Source: Candidatus Sumerlaeaceae bacterium (lineage in GTDB: Bacteria; Sumerlaeota; Sumerlaeia; Sumerlaeales; Sumerlaeaceae). Taken from it: a stretch of DNA of 64,000 nt. This document shows, one piece after another, positions 38,616-49,010 of the stretch. A model generated the notes under the pieces. It did not search any database and had not been told where the DNA came from. It was given only the letters and a program-made list of their open reading frames with translations. The stretch covers positions 128,001 to 192,000 of the forward strand of contig JBPCLP010000009.1 in NCBI GenBank assembly GCA_051003195.1. The letters are read 5' to 3'. A program made the position numbers and the translations under genes. Within the stretch, counting starts at the first letter, position 1. The number at the start of each line of letters is the position of its first letter.

Positions 38616-39712
38616 AGCAGGTTGGCGTGTTGGGTGGCGGTCAACTCGGCCGCATGCTTGCTCTCGCAGGATATCCAGTGGGGCTGCACTTTCGGTTTCT
38701 CGATCACGCCCCGCAATCTTCCGCAGCCGATGTGGGTGAACTCATTGTCGCCGAGTTCGAGGATTCTGCTGCGCTGGACCAGTTCGCAGAGGATCTCGAT
38801 GTCGTAACCTATGAATTCGAAAACGTTCCGGTTTCGGCCGTAGTACATCTGGCGAAACGCCTGCCTGTTTATCCGCCCGCCGAAGCACTGATTGCGTCAC
38901 AGGATCGTTTGACCGAGAAAACCTTTCTGCGCGATCTTAGCATTCCAACTGCTCAATTCGCGCCCGTAAGCAGCACCGCCGAGTTGGATGCCGCCGCTGC
39001 CACACTGGGGCATCCCTCCATACTGAAGACAAGGCTGATGGGCTACGACGGCAAAGGCCAGGTGCGGCTCATCCGCAAAGAAGATCACCCTGCTGCACTC
39101 GAGGCAATCGGCAGTACATCAGCGATACTGGAGGCAGTGGTGCCGTTCGAGCGCGAGCTGTCGTTGCTCGTAGCCAGAAGCGTGTCAGGCGAACTCGCAT
39201 ACTACGCGCTTACCGAGAACCATCATGAAGAAGGAATTCTGCGCAAATCGATTGCGCCCGCGCCTGGTCTCGCGCCTGCCCTGCAACAGCTTTCCGAACA
39301 ATACGGTCGCGCGATCGTTGAAAAGCTCAATTATGTTGGCGTCCTGGCGATCGAGTTTTTCCAACTCGGCGACCAATTGATGGTCAACGAGATCGCCCCG
39401 CGTGTACACAACTCCGGCCACTGGACTATTGAAGGCGCCGAAACTTCGCAATTTGAAAATCACCTGCGTGCGATCCTGGATCTACCGCTCGGCAGCCCGC
39501 GAGCGCGCGGAACCAGTGTGATGGTCAATTGTATAGGCGAAATGCCGGGGATGGCTACTTGCCTGAGGGTTCAGGGCCTTCATTACCACTCGTACGGAAA
39601 AGCTTCGCGGCCCGGGCGCAAAGTCGGACATCTGACGATGTGCTGCGCAACGGAAACCGCGGCCCGCGAAGCCCTGCAGATACTGGAGCAGACAGTCGCC
39701 GGGGCAACTTAG
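38612..39712 (+). CDS. purK: N5-CAIR synthetase
   Basis: [32 protein letters not shown]. Confidence 0.97.
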   Translation: MKQVGVLGGGQLGRMLALAGYPVGLHFRFLDHAPQSSAADVGELIVAEFEDSAALDQFAEDLDVVTYEFENVPVSAVVHLAKRLPVYPPAEALIASQDRLTEKTFLRDLSIPTAQFAPVSSTAELDAAAATLGHPSILKTRLMGYDGKGQVRLIRKEDHPAALEAIGSTSAILEAVVPFERELSLLVARSVSGELAYYALTENHHEEGILRKSIAPAPGLAPALQQLSEQYGRAIVEKLNYVGVLAIEFFQLGDQLMVNEIAPRVHNSGHWTIEGAETSQFENHLRAILDLPLGSPRARGTSVMVNCIGEMPGMATCLRVQGLHYHSYGKASRPGRKVGHLTMCCATETAAREALQILEQTVAGAT

Positions 39713-39863
39713 CTGGTCTGTTTAATGCCGATTCATCTACTAGTTCTACGCTATTAATATTGTTGCACGTAACGTGCTTATAATCATTGCACGGGTGAAA
39801 ACGCAACTCACACTGCGGCGCGGTATTTTGTAGTGCCTCACTCACTCAGTAAAAGGTTTTTAA

Positions 39864-40871
39864 ATGAAGCTCGGCTGTTCTTACTTTGGTAACCGTATCC
39901 TCAAGCATGTGCGCACTGACATGCAGGAACTCGCGCAAATGGGATGCACTTACGTCGTTCATTGTTTTAATGAAAACGACTGGCTGTTCTACCACGACAC
40001 AATCAGGGAGATAGTCGACATCAGCCACGGAGCGGGTCTTGAGGTCCACATCGATCCATGGGGGGTGGGCAAAGTTTTCGGGGGTGAGAGCTTTTCCAAT
40101 TTCGTGATGCAGAATGTTGACGCCATGCAGATGGTGTCGGACGGAAAACCCGTGGGCTCAGCCTGCCCGAACCACCCCAGGTTCCGGGCGTTTATGCGCG
40201 AGTGGATCGACGCGGCCGTCACGACCGGCGCCGACGTTCTCTTCTGGGATGAGCCCCATTTCTACCTCGCGGGATGGATGGGAGGACGTCCGAATACATG
40301 GGGCTGTCGCTGCGCCGTCTGCGCGGAGAAATTCCAGCAGCACTATGGAAGTCCTTTGCCCGCTGAAGAAAACGACGAAGTACGGAAGTTTAAGGAGAAC
40401 TCGATCATCGAATTCCTTGGCGAGCTTGTGGCCTATGGCCATGAATGCGGCAAACGCAACAGCCTGTGCGTGCTTCCATTGCGAGACGCCAGCCACAGCA
40501 CGGCGAACTGGCAAAAGCTCGCAGGCATTCCCCACCTGGATATCTTCGGCACCGACCCGTACTGGTACGCGTTCAACAAAGACATGCGCGAGTTTGTCGG
40601 AGCGGCGTGTGAGGATGTTAAGGAAGTCTGCACGCAGCACAATCTTGATTCCCAGATCTGGCTGCAGGGGTACAAAACGCCGGCAGGCCGGGAGCATGAA
40701 CTGGTAGAGGCCGTCGAGTTAATGGTCCAAAAAGGGATCCGCGACATCGCTGTGTGGGGTTTTCAGTCGTGCGGATTCATGTCCTGGATTCGTCCTGATA
40801 ACCCGGAAATTGCGTGGGCAAAAGTGAAAGAAGCTTTCGCACGCGCGAAGGGAATTGGTACGGCTCACTAG
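39864..40871 (+). CDS. Uncharacterised TIM-barrel, glycoside-hydrolase-like protein
   Basis: DPWGVG..FGGE, CPNHP.F, FWDEPH, CRC..C...F, GTDPYW. Confidence 0.6.
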   Translation: MKLGCSYFGNRILKHVRTDMQELAQMGCTYVVHCFNENDWLFYHDTIREIVDISHGAGLEVHIDPWGVGKVFGGESFSNFVMQNVDAMQMVSDGKPVGSACPNHPRFRAFMREWIDAAVTTGADVLFWDEPHFYLAGWMGGRPNTWGCRCAVCAEKFQQHYGSPLPAEENDEVRKFKENSIIEFLGELVAYGHECGKRNSLCVLPLRDASHSTANWQKLAGIPHLDIFGTDPYWYAFNKDMREFVGAACEDVKEVCTQHNLDSQIWLQGYKTPAGREHELVEAVELMVQKGIRDIAVWGFQSCGFMSWIRPDNPEIAWAKVKEAFARAKGIGTAH

Positions 40872-41194
40872 CGTTGAGCGCGTTGGGCTGCTTCCGCCGC
40901 TTCTGCTGCATGCGCGGCGCTTTGCACCTGTGTGTTGGCTCGCACCGTGGCGATGCAGGCAACACCCATTCCCAATCCGGGCAGGTAGTTTTCCCACATC
41001 ACGCGACCCGTGTACGGATCCAGACAGAAAGTGTATCCCAACAGCGACACGAACAGGCGATCTCCGTCCAGCAGCAGCGCTGGATATGCCTTGCCCTTAG
41101 GAGCCTGCCACTTCCACAGCATAGTGCCGGTTGCACGGTCCAGGGCAACGACATGTTTGCCGAAGCCTACGAATACCATCTCGTCCAGATCCAT
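40868..41194 (-). CDS. Small PQQ-like beta-propeller repeat protein
   Basis: ALDRATGTMLW and CLDPYTGRVMW. Confidence 0.75.
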   Translation of the reverse strand: MDLDEMVFVGFGKHVVALDRATGTMLWKWQAPKGKAYPALLLDGDRLFVSLLGYTFCLDPYTGRVMWENYLPGLGMGVACIATVRANTQVQSAAHAAEAAEAAQRAQR

Positions 41195-41223
41195 GAAAGA
41201 TCTCCTTTATAGCGCTCTTCGTG

Positions 41224-42699
41224 CTATTCCCGGTAATCCGCATCGTTCATGCGAAGTTGCGGCGGTTGCTGTGGCGGGTACAATTGAGGTAATGGTGTTT
41301 GAGTGGCGGGAGACAATTGCGGACTGCCCGTCGAACCCTTTGGGGCAGCGAGTAATTGCGTGGTCGTGCTGTCGACCGTTGCAGCCATTCCAGTGACGGA
41401 AACAGGGCCGCGCCGGCCCAGGGGGACGAGCTCCTCCACAGAATCACCGGGGTCGCCAATCACGATATAGCGGAACTGGTCGCCGGCGTGGTTCGCAAGG
41501 CGAAGGAAGTAGTGCGGGTTTGAAGGTGCATCAAATATTGCATACCCCTGGTTTACGCCAGCGCTTGTGAACTTCTCCGGGATTGCGCCATGGCGTTCCG
41601 TAACACCTGCTGCAATCCCGTAAGATACTCCGTCTGCTGTGACAAGAGTCATGCTTGAAGTTGCTAATGTGTCAGCATCTGGTCTCTTGTTCTCAGCCCA
41701 CAGGTCTACCGCGATGAAGCCTCCTGTGGCACTTGTCGGGGCGGGTTGTACTGCAAGGCGCCGCGCGGCTCTCGTACCCAGCACTGTGTATTCGATCGTG
41801 TCCAATTGCACCGGCTCGCCTGGCTTCGCCGCGGTTGCGACATCAAACGCCGGTGTAGCGACACTAGAAGTCATTAGTTTTGCGGCAGGTGTAGACGCGG
41901 TTGGGAGATGCGCAATCGGCGGCTTCACTATGCGTCCATCCAGCAGGTGCTCCCCAGCCGCCAGCGCGATGGGCAAACAGATCGCCAGCACGAAACCGGC
42001 AGCGGGTGGAACGGATTTCGGAATGAACGGGATCGCAATTGCGTAACCGCGCGGCGGCGCATTCCGCCACGCACGTACCAGCGCGTACGCTATGAAGATG
42101 ACTGCAACTGCCAGCAGAGCATAGCCAGCGCGGGAGACCCATTGCATGGCCTGGTAGTCAGAGTGACCCACGTTGCCCGCCCCGGAAGCTGTCCAGCGGG
42201 CGTTTAGCTGATTAGTCCAATAGTTGATCAGGCTCAAATATAAGACCAGCGACAATTGAAAGTTTAGAACGCAGCGAGCATGGTGGTAGACGACGCGGTC
42301 TTTAAAGCCACGCATAGCCATGGTGGCCATGGGAACCGCCGTGCCTATGTAGCGATACGGCCAGGTGAAAACGGGCAAAAGCATTGCCAGGGTCGACAGA
42401 TGGCATACGATTGCCCAGGCGCGGGTTGAGGAGCGTTCGATAGCATTGGCGGCAGCTGCAGGGAGTGCAGGACGGCGTCGCTTGCGCGCTTGCTGCAGTG
42501 GGTGCAGCGGCGGGGGAATTCGAGATAGAGCGAAGCTGTCGTCCTCAACGACAGTAGGCGGATCGGGAGAGCCGCCGCCGTGCGGCCGGACACCAGGCGC
42601 GCTCGCCCGCTCACCGGTGCTGGATGCCTCACGCCGCCCCGCATCAATGATTGTAGATTCATCCGAAAGAGAAAGTTTGTAAGGGTAGTCGTCTGGCAT
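41224..42699 (-). CDS. Membrane protein, DUF4870-like + DUF4352-like domains
   Basis: WAIVCHLS...HAR..LNFQLS; C-terminal Ig-like FIAVDL..EN...LVTADG..Y...FDAP. Confidence 0.65.
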   Translation of the reverse strand: MPDDYPYKLSLSDESTIIDAGRREASSTGERASAPGVRPHGGGSPDPPTVVEDDSFALSRIPPPLHPLQQARKRRRPALPAAAANAIERSSTRAWAIVCHLSTLAMLLPVFTWPYRYIGTAVPMATMAMRGFKDRVVYHHARCVLNFQLSLVLYLSLINYWTNQLNARWTASGAGNVGHSDYQAMQWVSRAGYALLAVAVIFIAYALVRAWRNAPPRGYAIAIPFIPKSVPPAAGFVLAICLPIALAAGEHLLDGRIVKPPIAHLPTASTPAAKLMTSSVATPAFDVATAAKPGEPVQLDTIEYTVLGTRAARRLAVQPAPTSATGGFIAVDLWAENKRPDADTLATSSMTLVTADGVSYGIAAGVTERHGAIPEKFTSAGVNQGYAIFDAPSNPHYFLRLANHAGDQFRYIVIGDPGDSVEELVPLGRRGPVSVTGMAATVDSTTTQLLAAPKGSTGSPQLSPATQTPLPQLYPPQQPPQLRMNDADYRE

Positions 42700-42793
42700 T
42701 GGCGAAAACTCTTCTCCTGCTCAATCGGGTAGCGGGAGCCTGCGGCTGACTCAACGTTAAAATGCCGGGGCCGCGAGATTGTACGAATATACA

Positions 42794-43351
42794 ATGCGCC
42801 GTGGATTCACACTGATTGAACTGCTGGTCGTCGTCGGGATTATTGCGATCCTCGCCACAATCGGAATGATGAATTTTCTGGAGGCGCAAACGCGATCCAA
42901 GGTGTCGCGAGTGCGCTCAGACATGCGAACCTTCGCGACGGCCGTCGAGCTGTACTACACCGACGAGAACAACTATGTGGACACCTATGGAATCCGGAAG
43001 CTCACGACCCCAGTGGCGTATATTTCGACGATTACGCACGATGTGTTCGCAGAACGGGATGGTTCTCCGTACCTCGGCTATGTGAACACTGCGCAAATGA
43101 GCACCAGTGAAGAGCTGGAGAGCTGGGACGTGAGCAGCTACACTCCCTTGCAGCAGGGTGCCTTTGCGCAGCATGCATGGATTATCTGGAGCTGCGGGCC
43201 GGATATTAAAAGCACGGCATTGGACAACCGGCAGCGGTCGTTCAATACCGTCGTAAATGCTTCGGGTGCAGACTACGGTCTTTTCTACGACGCGACGAAC
43301 GGGACTGTCGCAGAGGGAGACCTGATTCGCGCCCCCAGATTCGCCCGGTAA
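42794..43351 (+). CDS. Type IV pilin-like protein
   Basis: MRRG/FTLIELL; LTTPVAY; SCGPD...YDATNGT. Confidence 0.9.
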   Translation: MRRGFTLIELLVVVGIIAILATIGMMNFLEAQTRSKVSRVRSDMRTFATAVELYYTDENNYVDTYGIRKLTTPVAYISTITHDVFAERDGSPYLGYVNTAQMSTSEELESWDVSSYTPLQQGAFAQHAWIIWSCGPDIKSTALDNRQRSFNTVVNASGADYGLFYDATNGTVAEGDLIRAPRFAR

Positions 43352-43352
43352 A

Positions 43353-44567
43353 CTACCGCCCCAGCGGATAAACGTAGGCTTTGCCATCAGTACTGGTACT
43401 GGTGGGAGCCGGAGCACCTACCGCAAGCCGATTACCCTTCATAAGCAGTACCGACGCGCCATAGTTCTCCTCACTCACGGGCACAGGAGACCGGAAGTCG
43501 CCTATAAACGCACCAAGTTTCAGGTCAAACAGCTCGGCCTTCCCGCCGTTGCTGGCGGCTTCATCGTGCCTCGGACTGCCTATGGCGATCCGTTTACTAT
43601 CCACGGATAAGCTCGCGCCGAAATCCGCGTTCGACTGCGGCGAAGCGGAATTGTAAACGCGAACAGCAGTCCAGGTTTTCGTCTCATACTGGAACACCGC
43701 GCCTGCGCTGAATACGAAACCAAGAAACGGATTCCCGACATGCTGCGCCGGCGCTCCCACGAACAAATGCTTTCCTGAAAATGCAACCGCACTCCCGAAC
43801 AGCGGTCCATTCAGGAAGTCTCCACCAATAATCGTTGTGATATACGCGAGAGTCTTCGCATCGTAAATGTATACCACACCCGTGTTCGGCGTACTACCCA
43901 CCAATGCACCAGGCGCACCGACCGCAATAAACCGGGTTGAAACAGCCACTGCAGCGCCGGCGCGGTCACCATCTTCGTACGAGGGCAACGGTAACCGTTG
44001 AACGACGAAATCTGTTTTGCGCGCAACAAAAGCACTGCCGCTCAAATCCCCTTCGGTTCCGCCGACATCTCCCGGTGCGCCTATTACCATCAGCTTTGTG
44101 CTCATTGCCACCGACTTGCCGAACTCGTCATTGGTTGCTGGCGCCGGGTTAGAAAGCGTGGGGCTATTGCCAATCTTTTCATTATAGTACATGGCTTCAC
44201 CTGCGTGGCCAAATCCACCTGCGGTCTTACCCGGATAACCGACCAGCACCTCGAACTTTGTGGTCGCCAGGGACCAGCCTTCCTGCTGATTCGCCTGGAT
44301 GGGCGTATTAAGGCGCACGAATCCGTCCAATGTTTTAGAATCGAAGGTATGTACCCAACCGGCGCCCGCTCCTGCCGGAACACGGTCATATCCCGGAGCT
44401 CCAACATACAGGTACTTGCTGGATGCCGCAAGCGCCTGCCCGAATCTCGCGCTGGCTGTGTCCAGGTCCAAATCCCACGGCTCCAATGTCACCGCGTCCT
44501 GCGCTATGAGGGGGGCGCAGCACAGCAGCGCCCCTGCAAAAATGGTGTTCCGGAGTGAATGGACCAT
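43353..44567 (-). CDS. Secreted FG-GAP repeat beta-propeller protein
   Basis: About seven FG.(S/A)(V/L)A...VGAP...G.(V/A)Y repeats; signal peptide. Confidence 0.88.
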   Translation of the reverse strand: MVHSLRNTIFAGALLCCAPLIAQDAVTLEPWDLDLDTASARFGQALAASSKYLYVGAPGYDRVPAGAGAGWVHTFDSKTLDGFVRLNTPIQANQQEGWSLATTKFEVLVGYPGKTAGGFGHAGEAMYYNEKIGNSPTLSNPAPATNDEFGKSVAMSTKLMVIGAPGDVGGTEGDLSGSAFVARKTDFVVQRLPLPSYEDGDRAGAAVAVSTRFIAVGAPGALVGSTPNTGVVYIYDAKTLAYITTIIGGDFLNGPLFGSAVAFSGKHLFVGAPAQHVGNPFLGFVFSAGAVFQYETKTWTAVRVYNSASPQSNADFGASLSVDSKRIAIGSPRHDEAASNGGKAELFDLKLGAFIGDFRSPVPVSEENYGASVLLMKGNRLAVGAPAPTSTSTDGKAYVYPLGR

Positions 44568-44631
44568 TGGGTTCCCCTTTTCTGAATTAATCTACGTTAC
44601 AACCGGCACGATCCGCAACGGTATTCGACGT

Positions 44632-45495
44632 TCAGCCGAGCTGCTCCTTGGCATTATTCCACAGGCGGTCCATCTCTTCCAGTGTCAGAGACTCCAGCTT
44701 TCGTTGCTGCGCATGCGTATTGGCTTCAATAAACTCAAACCTCGCCTGGAACTTGTTGCACGTTTGGCGGAGGCACTCCTCGGCGTCCAGCTTAAGAAAC
44801 CGCGAAAGGTTTACGAGCGAAAACAGGACGTCGCCGAGCTCCAGAACGATCTCGGGATTCCGGGCTTCCGGCTTAGGATCTGCAGGCTGTGTCTGTGCGC
44901 GCAGTGCTTCCCGGAGTTCCCGGATCTCTTCCTCAATCTTATCCAGTACGCCCATTGCATCTGGCCAGTCGAATCCCACTCGCGCGGCTTTTTCCTGGAG
45001 TCGCTGTGCGCGTAGAAGTGAAGGTAGATTGCGCGGCACGTGGGCCAGGATACTGGGGGAGGGAGATTCGATGTCGACGGAACTGGTCGCCCCGGCGGCG
45101 GCTTTCTGCTGGCGCTCTGCCGCCTTCAAATTCTCCCAGTTGTGCAGCACATCCGCCGCCGTCTTTGCTTCCATTTCGCCGAACACATGTGGATGGCGGC
45201 GCACCATCTTTGTCGCGGCGGCATGACTGACATCATCAATGCTGAACCGCCCGGTGCGTTTTGCCAGCACGGAGTGGAAAACAACCTGGAGCAGGACATC
45301 GCCGAGTTCCTCGGCCAACGCAACATCGTCGCCCCGGTCGATGGCGTCAAGCGCCTCATAAGCTTCTTCAATCATATAGGGTTTGAGCGACGCGTGCGTC
45401 TGCTCAAGGTCCCACGGGCATCCGTCGGGCTCTTGAAGACGTTCCATGATGCGCACGAGTCGACGAAAGGAATCTGTGATATCTTCGTAAGGCAT
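44632..45495 (-). CDS. mazG: Nucleoside triphosphate pyrophosphohydrolase
   Basis: CPWDLEQT, EEAYE, EELGDVLLQ, RRHPHVF, GFDW. Confidence 0.95.
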   Translation of the reverse strand: MPYEDITDSFRRLVRIMERLQEPDGCPWDLEQTHASLKPYMIEEAYEALDAIDRGDDVALAEELGDVLLQVVFHSVLAKRTGRFSIDDVSHAAATKMVRRHPHVFGEMEAKTAADVLHNWENLKAAERQQKAAAGATSSVDIESPSPSILAHVPRNLPSLLRAQRLQEKAARVGFDWPDAMGVLDKIEEEIRELREALRAQTQPADPKPEARNPEIVLELGDVLFSLVNLSRFLKLDAEECLRQTCNKFQARFEFIEANTHAQQRKLESLTLEEMDRLWNNAKEQLG

Positions 45496-45633
45496 AAGTC
45501 TAGCCCGCCCATCTTCAACTCGCACTGCAAAGCAGAAATACCAGCCCGTCTGCGCCACGCACCTCCCATCCCGACCACCTGCGCCGCTTTCCGCTGGAAT
45601 GTTTCCCCCTGCGCCACAGTACCGTTTTTGGCC

Positions 45634-46770
45634 ATGAAAACCCAACTGTCCTTCGATGTCCGCGCGGAGTTTCCCGTCAAAGAGCGCTATGCCTTCATGA
45701 ACCATGCCGGCGTCGCCCCGCTGCCGGCCAGCTGCCAGGCCGCCATCAGCGAGTTTGCGCGGGATGCGGCCGAGGAAGGACCCGTCAATTATCCGGCATG
45801 GCTGCACGCGATGAGTATGACCCGGCAAAATGCAGGCACGTTGCTAAACTGCGAGCCGGACGACATCTGCTTCACCAAGAACACCAACCACGGGCTGATG
45901 ATCGCCGCCAATTCCATCAACTGGAAGGCCGGTGATAACGTGGTTGGACTTGAGCACGAGTTCCCGGCCAATATTATTCCATGGAAAAATCTCGCACGCC
46001 TTGGCGTTGAACTTCGACTCGTTCCGGAGCGCGCCGATTACACCTATTCAGTCGAAGAGATTGCTGCGCGTATGGACGACCGCACGCGTCTGCTCGCAGT
46101 GAGTTGGGTCGAGTACTCGACAGGCGTGCGAAACGACATCGCCGCGCTCAGTGCGCTGTGCCGCGAGCGCAACGTTCTGTTCTGCCTCGATGCGATCCAG
46201 GGCCTGGGGGCTCTGCCGCTCGATCTCCAGGAAATCCATGTCGACTTTCTCAGCGCCGACGGGCACAAGTGGATGCTCGCCCCGGAGGGTTGCGGAGTCC
46301 TTTACGTTCGCCGCGAGCTGATTCCGGAACTCAACACGAGCATGGCCGGATGGTGCGGACTGCGAAACCCTCAGGATTATGACAACACCGAGCAGCCATA
46401 CAAGCCGAACGCCCGCCGCTTTGAAGAGGGCAGTCATAACCTGATGTCCATCCGTGCGTTTGGCACGTCGCTGCAGGTGCTGCTCGACGCCGGGATTCAA
46501 AACGTCGAGGAACGCATCCGCTCGTTGACGACACAGATCATCGAAGGTGTGCGCCGCAAGGGATACGCGGTTGTAACGCCGGAACCGTGGGAACTGCGCG
46601 CGGGGATTGTGAGCTTCCACAAGCCAGGAGTCGACCCGACCCCGATTTTTCAGGAGCTCATGCGCGAACATAAGATCGTCATTGCCGCCCGTCGCGGCTG
46701 GCTCCGTGCATCACCGCACTTCTATAACGACGAGGAAGAGATCGATCGTCTGGTAACTGCGCTGCCATAG
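45634..46770 (+). CDS. Class V PLP aminotransferase/cysteine-desulfurase-like protein
   Basis: NHAGVAP, DAIQ, DGHKWM, RASPHFYN. Confidence 0.88.
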   Translation: MKTQLSFDVRAEFPVKERYAFMNHAGVAPLPASCQAAISEFARDAAEEGPVNYPAWLHAMSMTRQNAGTLLNCEPDDICFTKNTNHGLMIAANSINWKAGDNVVGLEHEFPANIIPWKNLARLGVELRLVPERADYTYSVEEIAARMDDRTRLLAVSWVEYSTGVRNDIAALSALCRERNVLFCLDAIQGLGALPLDLQEIHVDFLSADGHKWMLAPEGCGVLYVRRELIPELNTSMAGWCGLRNPQDYDNTEQPYKPNARRFEEGSHNLMSIRAFGTSLQVLLDAGIQNVEERIRSLTTQIIEGVRRKGYAVVTPEPWELRAGIVSFHKPGVDPTPIFQELMREHKIVIAARRGWLRASPHFYNDEEEIDRLVTALP

Positions 46771-46812
46771 CGTTGCTGATTACTTGGTGCGTATTCACGT
46801 GGGAGGCTAACC

Positions 46813-48864
46813 ATTCGCGTCAGAGTTGTAACCGTTCTACGGTATATTGTACTGTTTTGTAGCTGCACAGCCGCCAGTGCATGTATTGCAGCAGCCCGGG
46901 CGCCGGCAGACGCAAAACCGACCAGCTGGACAGTTATGGGTCGCGTGTCACTGTCCAACGGTTCTCCAGCAGCCCACGCATCGCTACGGGTATTCGGCTA
47001 TGAGCAAACAACCGGCACATCCAGAGCAGTCGAGAAAACTGTGGCGACCGCGCACTCAGGTGAAGACGGTAGATATAGCCTATCGTTTGCGACCGCGCCA
47101 ACGTATCCATTTCTCGCCGTCCAACATCCCGGCAGTGCGTTTATTAAGGTAATGCTGTGGCAGTTGCTCAGGCCCGAGCCCGCGAACGACACGACAGCAG
47201 GGCAAATCGAGCACAACGTCGTACTCATTCCTGAAGCCCACGTCAGCGGGAAGGTGGTTCACCTAGAGAATGGCTCCCCCGCGACAGGAATTTTGCTGTC
47301 AGCGGAATCGGGGAAACGGTATTCCAGTGAAACGGTTTTCAGTGACACCTGCTTAACATCCAGCAGCGCGGATGGATCCTTCGAAATGCATGGCCTGCCA
47401 GAAGGCAAGTGCACGCTGACTGTACACCAGCCCGGTTACGTTCCCACGCAGCTCGATCTGATTGCTCCTGTGACTGATGTGAATGTGCGGGTCTCCACTA
47501 AAGGAGCCCGGATACACGGACAGGTGCTATCGCGCGAAAACCGTCGTCCGGCGATACATACCTCAGTGACTCTTGCCCTGATTGTCGCAAACGAGAGATC
47601 CAAAGGATGGCACCGATTCGGCGAGCCGGTGGCTACCGACGGCAATGGCGAGTTTGCATTCAGTCAGTTGCCTTCTGGCAGCTACTTGCTTTTCGTGCCA
47701 CCCTCAGAAACGAGTGTGCCCGTAAATCTCGCGGAGCAGGAGACAACTACCGGCATCGTGCTGCTGAGTCACAGCGGCTACACTGTTCACGGTGGAGTCC
47801 TTGACGCCCACACCAGCCAGCCGCTTTCAGGAGTGAAAATAGGATGGGGCGACGTTGGCGCGAAGAATGGCAGTTTTGTGCGCTCAGACAGTACGGGCCA
47901 ATACAGCCTAAATGGCGTGTTTCCGGACTCCGACGCCAGGCAGGTGCTGTTTGCGCAATTTGAGGGATACGAGTTGGTTGGGGGCAGGAGTTTCTATAAA
48001 CGACCGCGTGTGCAGGTAGTGTTCCCAGGCAGCAAGCTCGATCTGATGCAGGACTTGCTCATGGTACAGACTGTCCCCGTCAGGGGAAAAGTCATGCATA
48101 CGGATGGACGTGCTGCCACAGGCGCAGCAGTGGACATCGGCGATCAGAACAACCCGGTGATGTACGATTTCAGCGGCACCAAATCCGCCACCGATGGTAC
48201 GTTTACGCTGCAGGGGTCTCCGAACACCAGGGCAATCGTCAGTGCGCAACTGGCGCCGTTTCCCGTGGCTATTTCGAAAGTGATCTCAATTACCAGCAAT
48301 AGCGCTCCCTTCGTGGAGCTTGTTCTGCGGCCATCGTCTCACATCGTAGGATCGGTAATCGGGCCAGACAATAAGCCTGTGGCCAAGGCGATGGTTCGAG
48401 GCACAGAAGAGACGTCGCAACCGGCTGTGACGGATGACGACGGACGGTTTGTCATGGAGAAAAAAAACTCCCGAAGCCCGCAGGTGGGGTTATTCGCCGA
48501 AAAAAAGGGCTACAGCCGTAGCGAATGGACTCACTTCAATCTGGAAACGGGTCAGAGTACGGAGGGGCTCACACTGCGGCTGGGAACCTCGCATTTTTTG
48601 CGAGGCAAAGTGACGGATGCTTCAGGTAACCCAATTGGTGGTGTCTCGCTGAAGTTGGAAAGAGCCGACGGATCTATGCTATTCTATGGACGCTTGAAAA
48701 CGGAAGAGGACGGCACCTTTCGATTGGAGGATCTTCCTCCGGGAATGGTAAAACTAACAGTGGACCCGTGGCCGGCGCAAACAATGAACTATCAAAGAAA
48801 AGTGCTGCCGGGACTTGCGGTCGATCAGGAGAACCTGCAGGTTGTGCTGGAGCGACAGCAATAA
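46813..48864 (+). CDS. Secreted protein with repeated carboxypeptidase-regulatory-like domains
   Basis: Repeats of GxV...GxP..G...TDxxGxF...LP.G. The frame is open upstream of the ATG at 46936 to an ATT at 46813, which has a GGAGG and encodes a signal peptide. Confidence 0.8.
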   Translation: MRVRVVTVLRYIVLFCSCTAASACIAAARAPADAKPTSWTVMGRVSLSNGSPAAHASLRVFGYEQTTGTSRAVEKTVATAHSGEDGRYSLSFATAPTYPFLAVQHPGSAFIKVMLWQLLRPEPANDTTAGQIEHNVVLIPEAHVSGKVVHLENGSPATGILLSAESGKRYSSETVFSDTCLTSSSADGSFEMHGLPEGKCTLTVHQPGYVPTQLDLIAPVTDVNVRVSTKGARIHGQVLSRENRRPAIHTSVTLALIVANERSKGWHRFGEPVATDGNGEFAFSQLPSGSYLLFVPPSETSVPVNLAEQETTTGIVLLSHSGYTVHGGVLDAHTSQPLSGVKIGWGDVGAKNGSFVRSDSTGQYSLNGVFPDSDARQVLFAQFEGYELVGGRSFYKRPRVQVVFPGSKLDLMQDLLMVQTVPVRGKVMHTDGRAATGAAVDIGDQNNPVMYDFSGTKSATDGTFTLQGSPNTRAIVSAQLAPFPVAISKVISITSNSAPFVELVLRPSSHIVGSVIGPDNKPVAKAMVRGTEETSQPAVTDDDGRFVMEKKNSRSPQVGLFAEKKGYSRSEWTHFNLETGQSTEGLTLRLGTSHFLRGKVTDASGNPIGGVSLKLERADGSMLFYGRLKTEEDGTFRLEDLPPGMVKLTVDPWPAQTMNYQRKVLPGLAVDQENLQVVLERQQ

Positions 48865-48905
48865 GGCACGGTTGCACTGCACGAACCAGCAAGCTGCGCA
48901 AATGC

Positions 48906-48944
48906 AAAGCGGCAGCAATCCGCGGCGGCGGACGGCACTCCAAA
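48906..48944. repeat. REP-like element
   Basis: Reverse complement begins TTTGGAGTGC and ends GCTTT, as does 4245-4273. Confidence 0.45.
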
Positions 48945-49010
48945 GAATGGTTGGTAAATACGCTGCCATTCTGCTTGTTTGTGCTAAGCAACTGAGGGCA
49001 AGGATTGGGA

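Noticed and set aside
45040..45828. Apparent long overlap of mazG and the aminotransferase (also N-terminal extensions of glnE, the HupE gene and lgt)
   Set aside because: Artefact of longest-ORF calling; family homology starts at 45495 and 45634.
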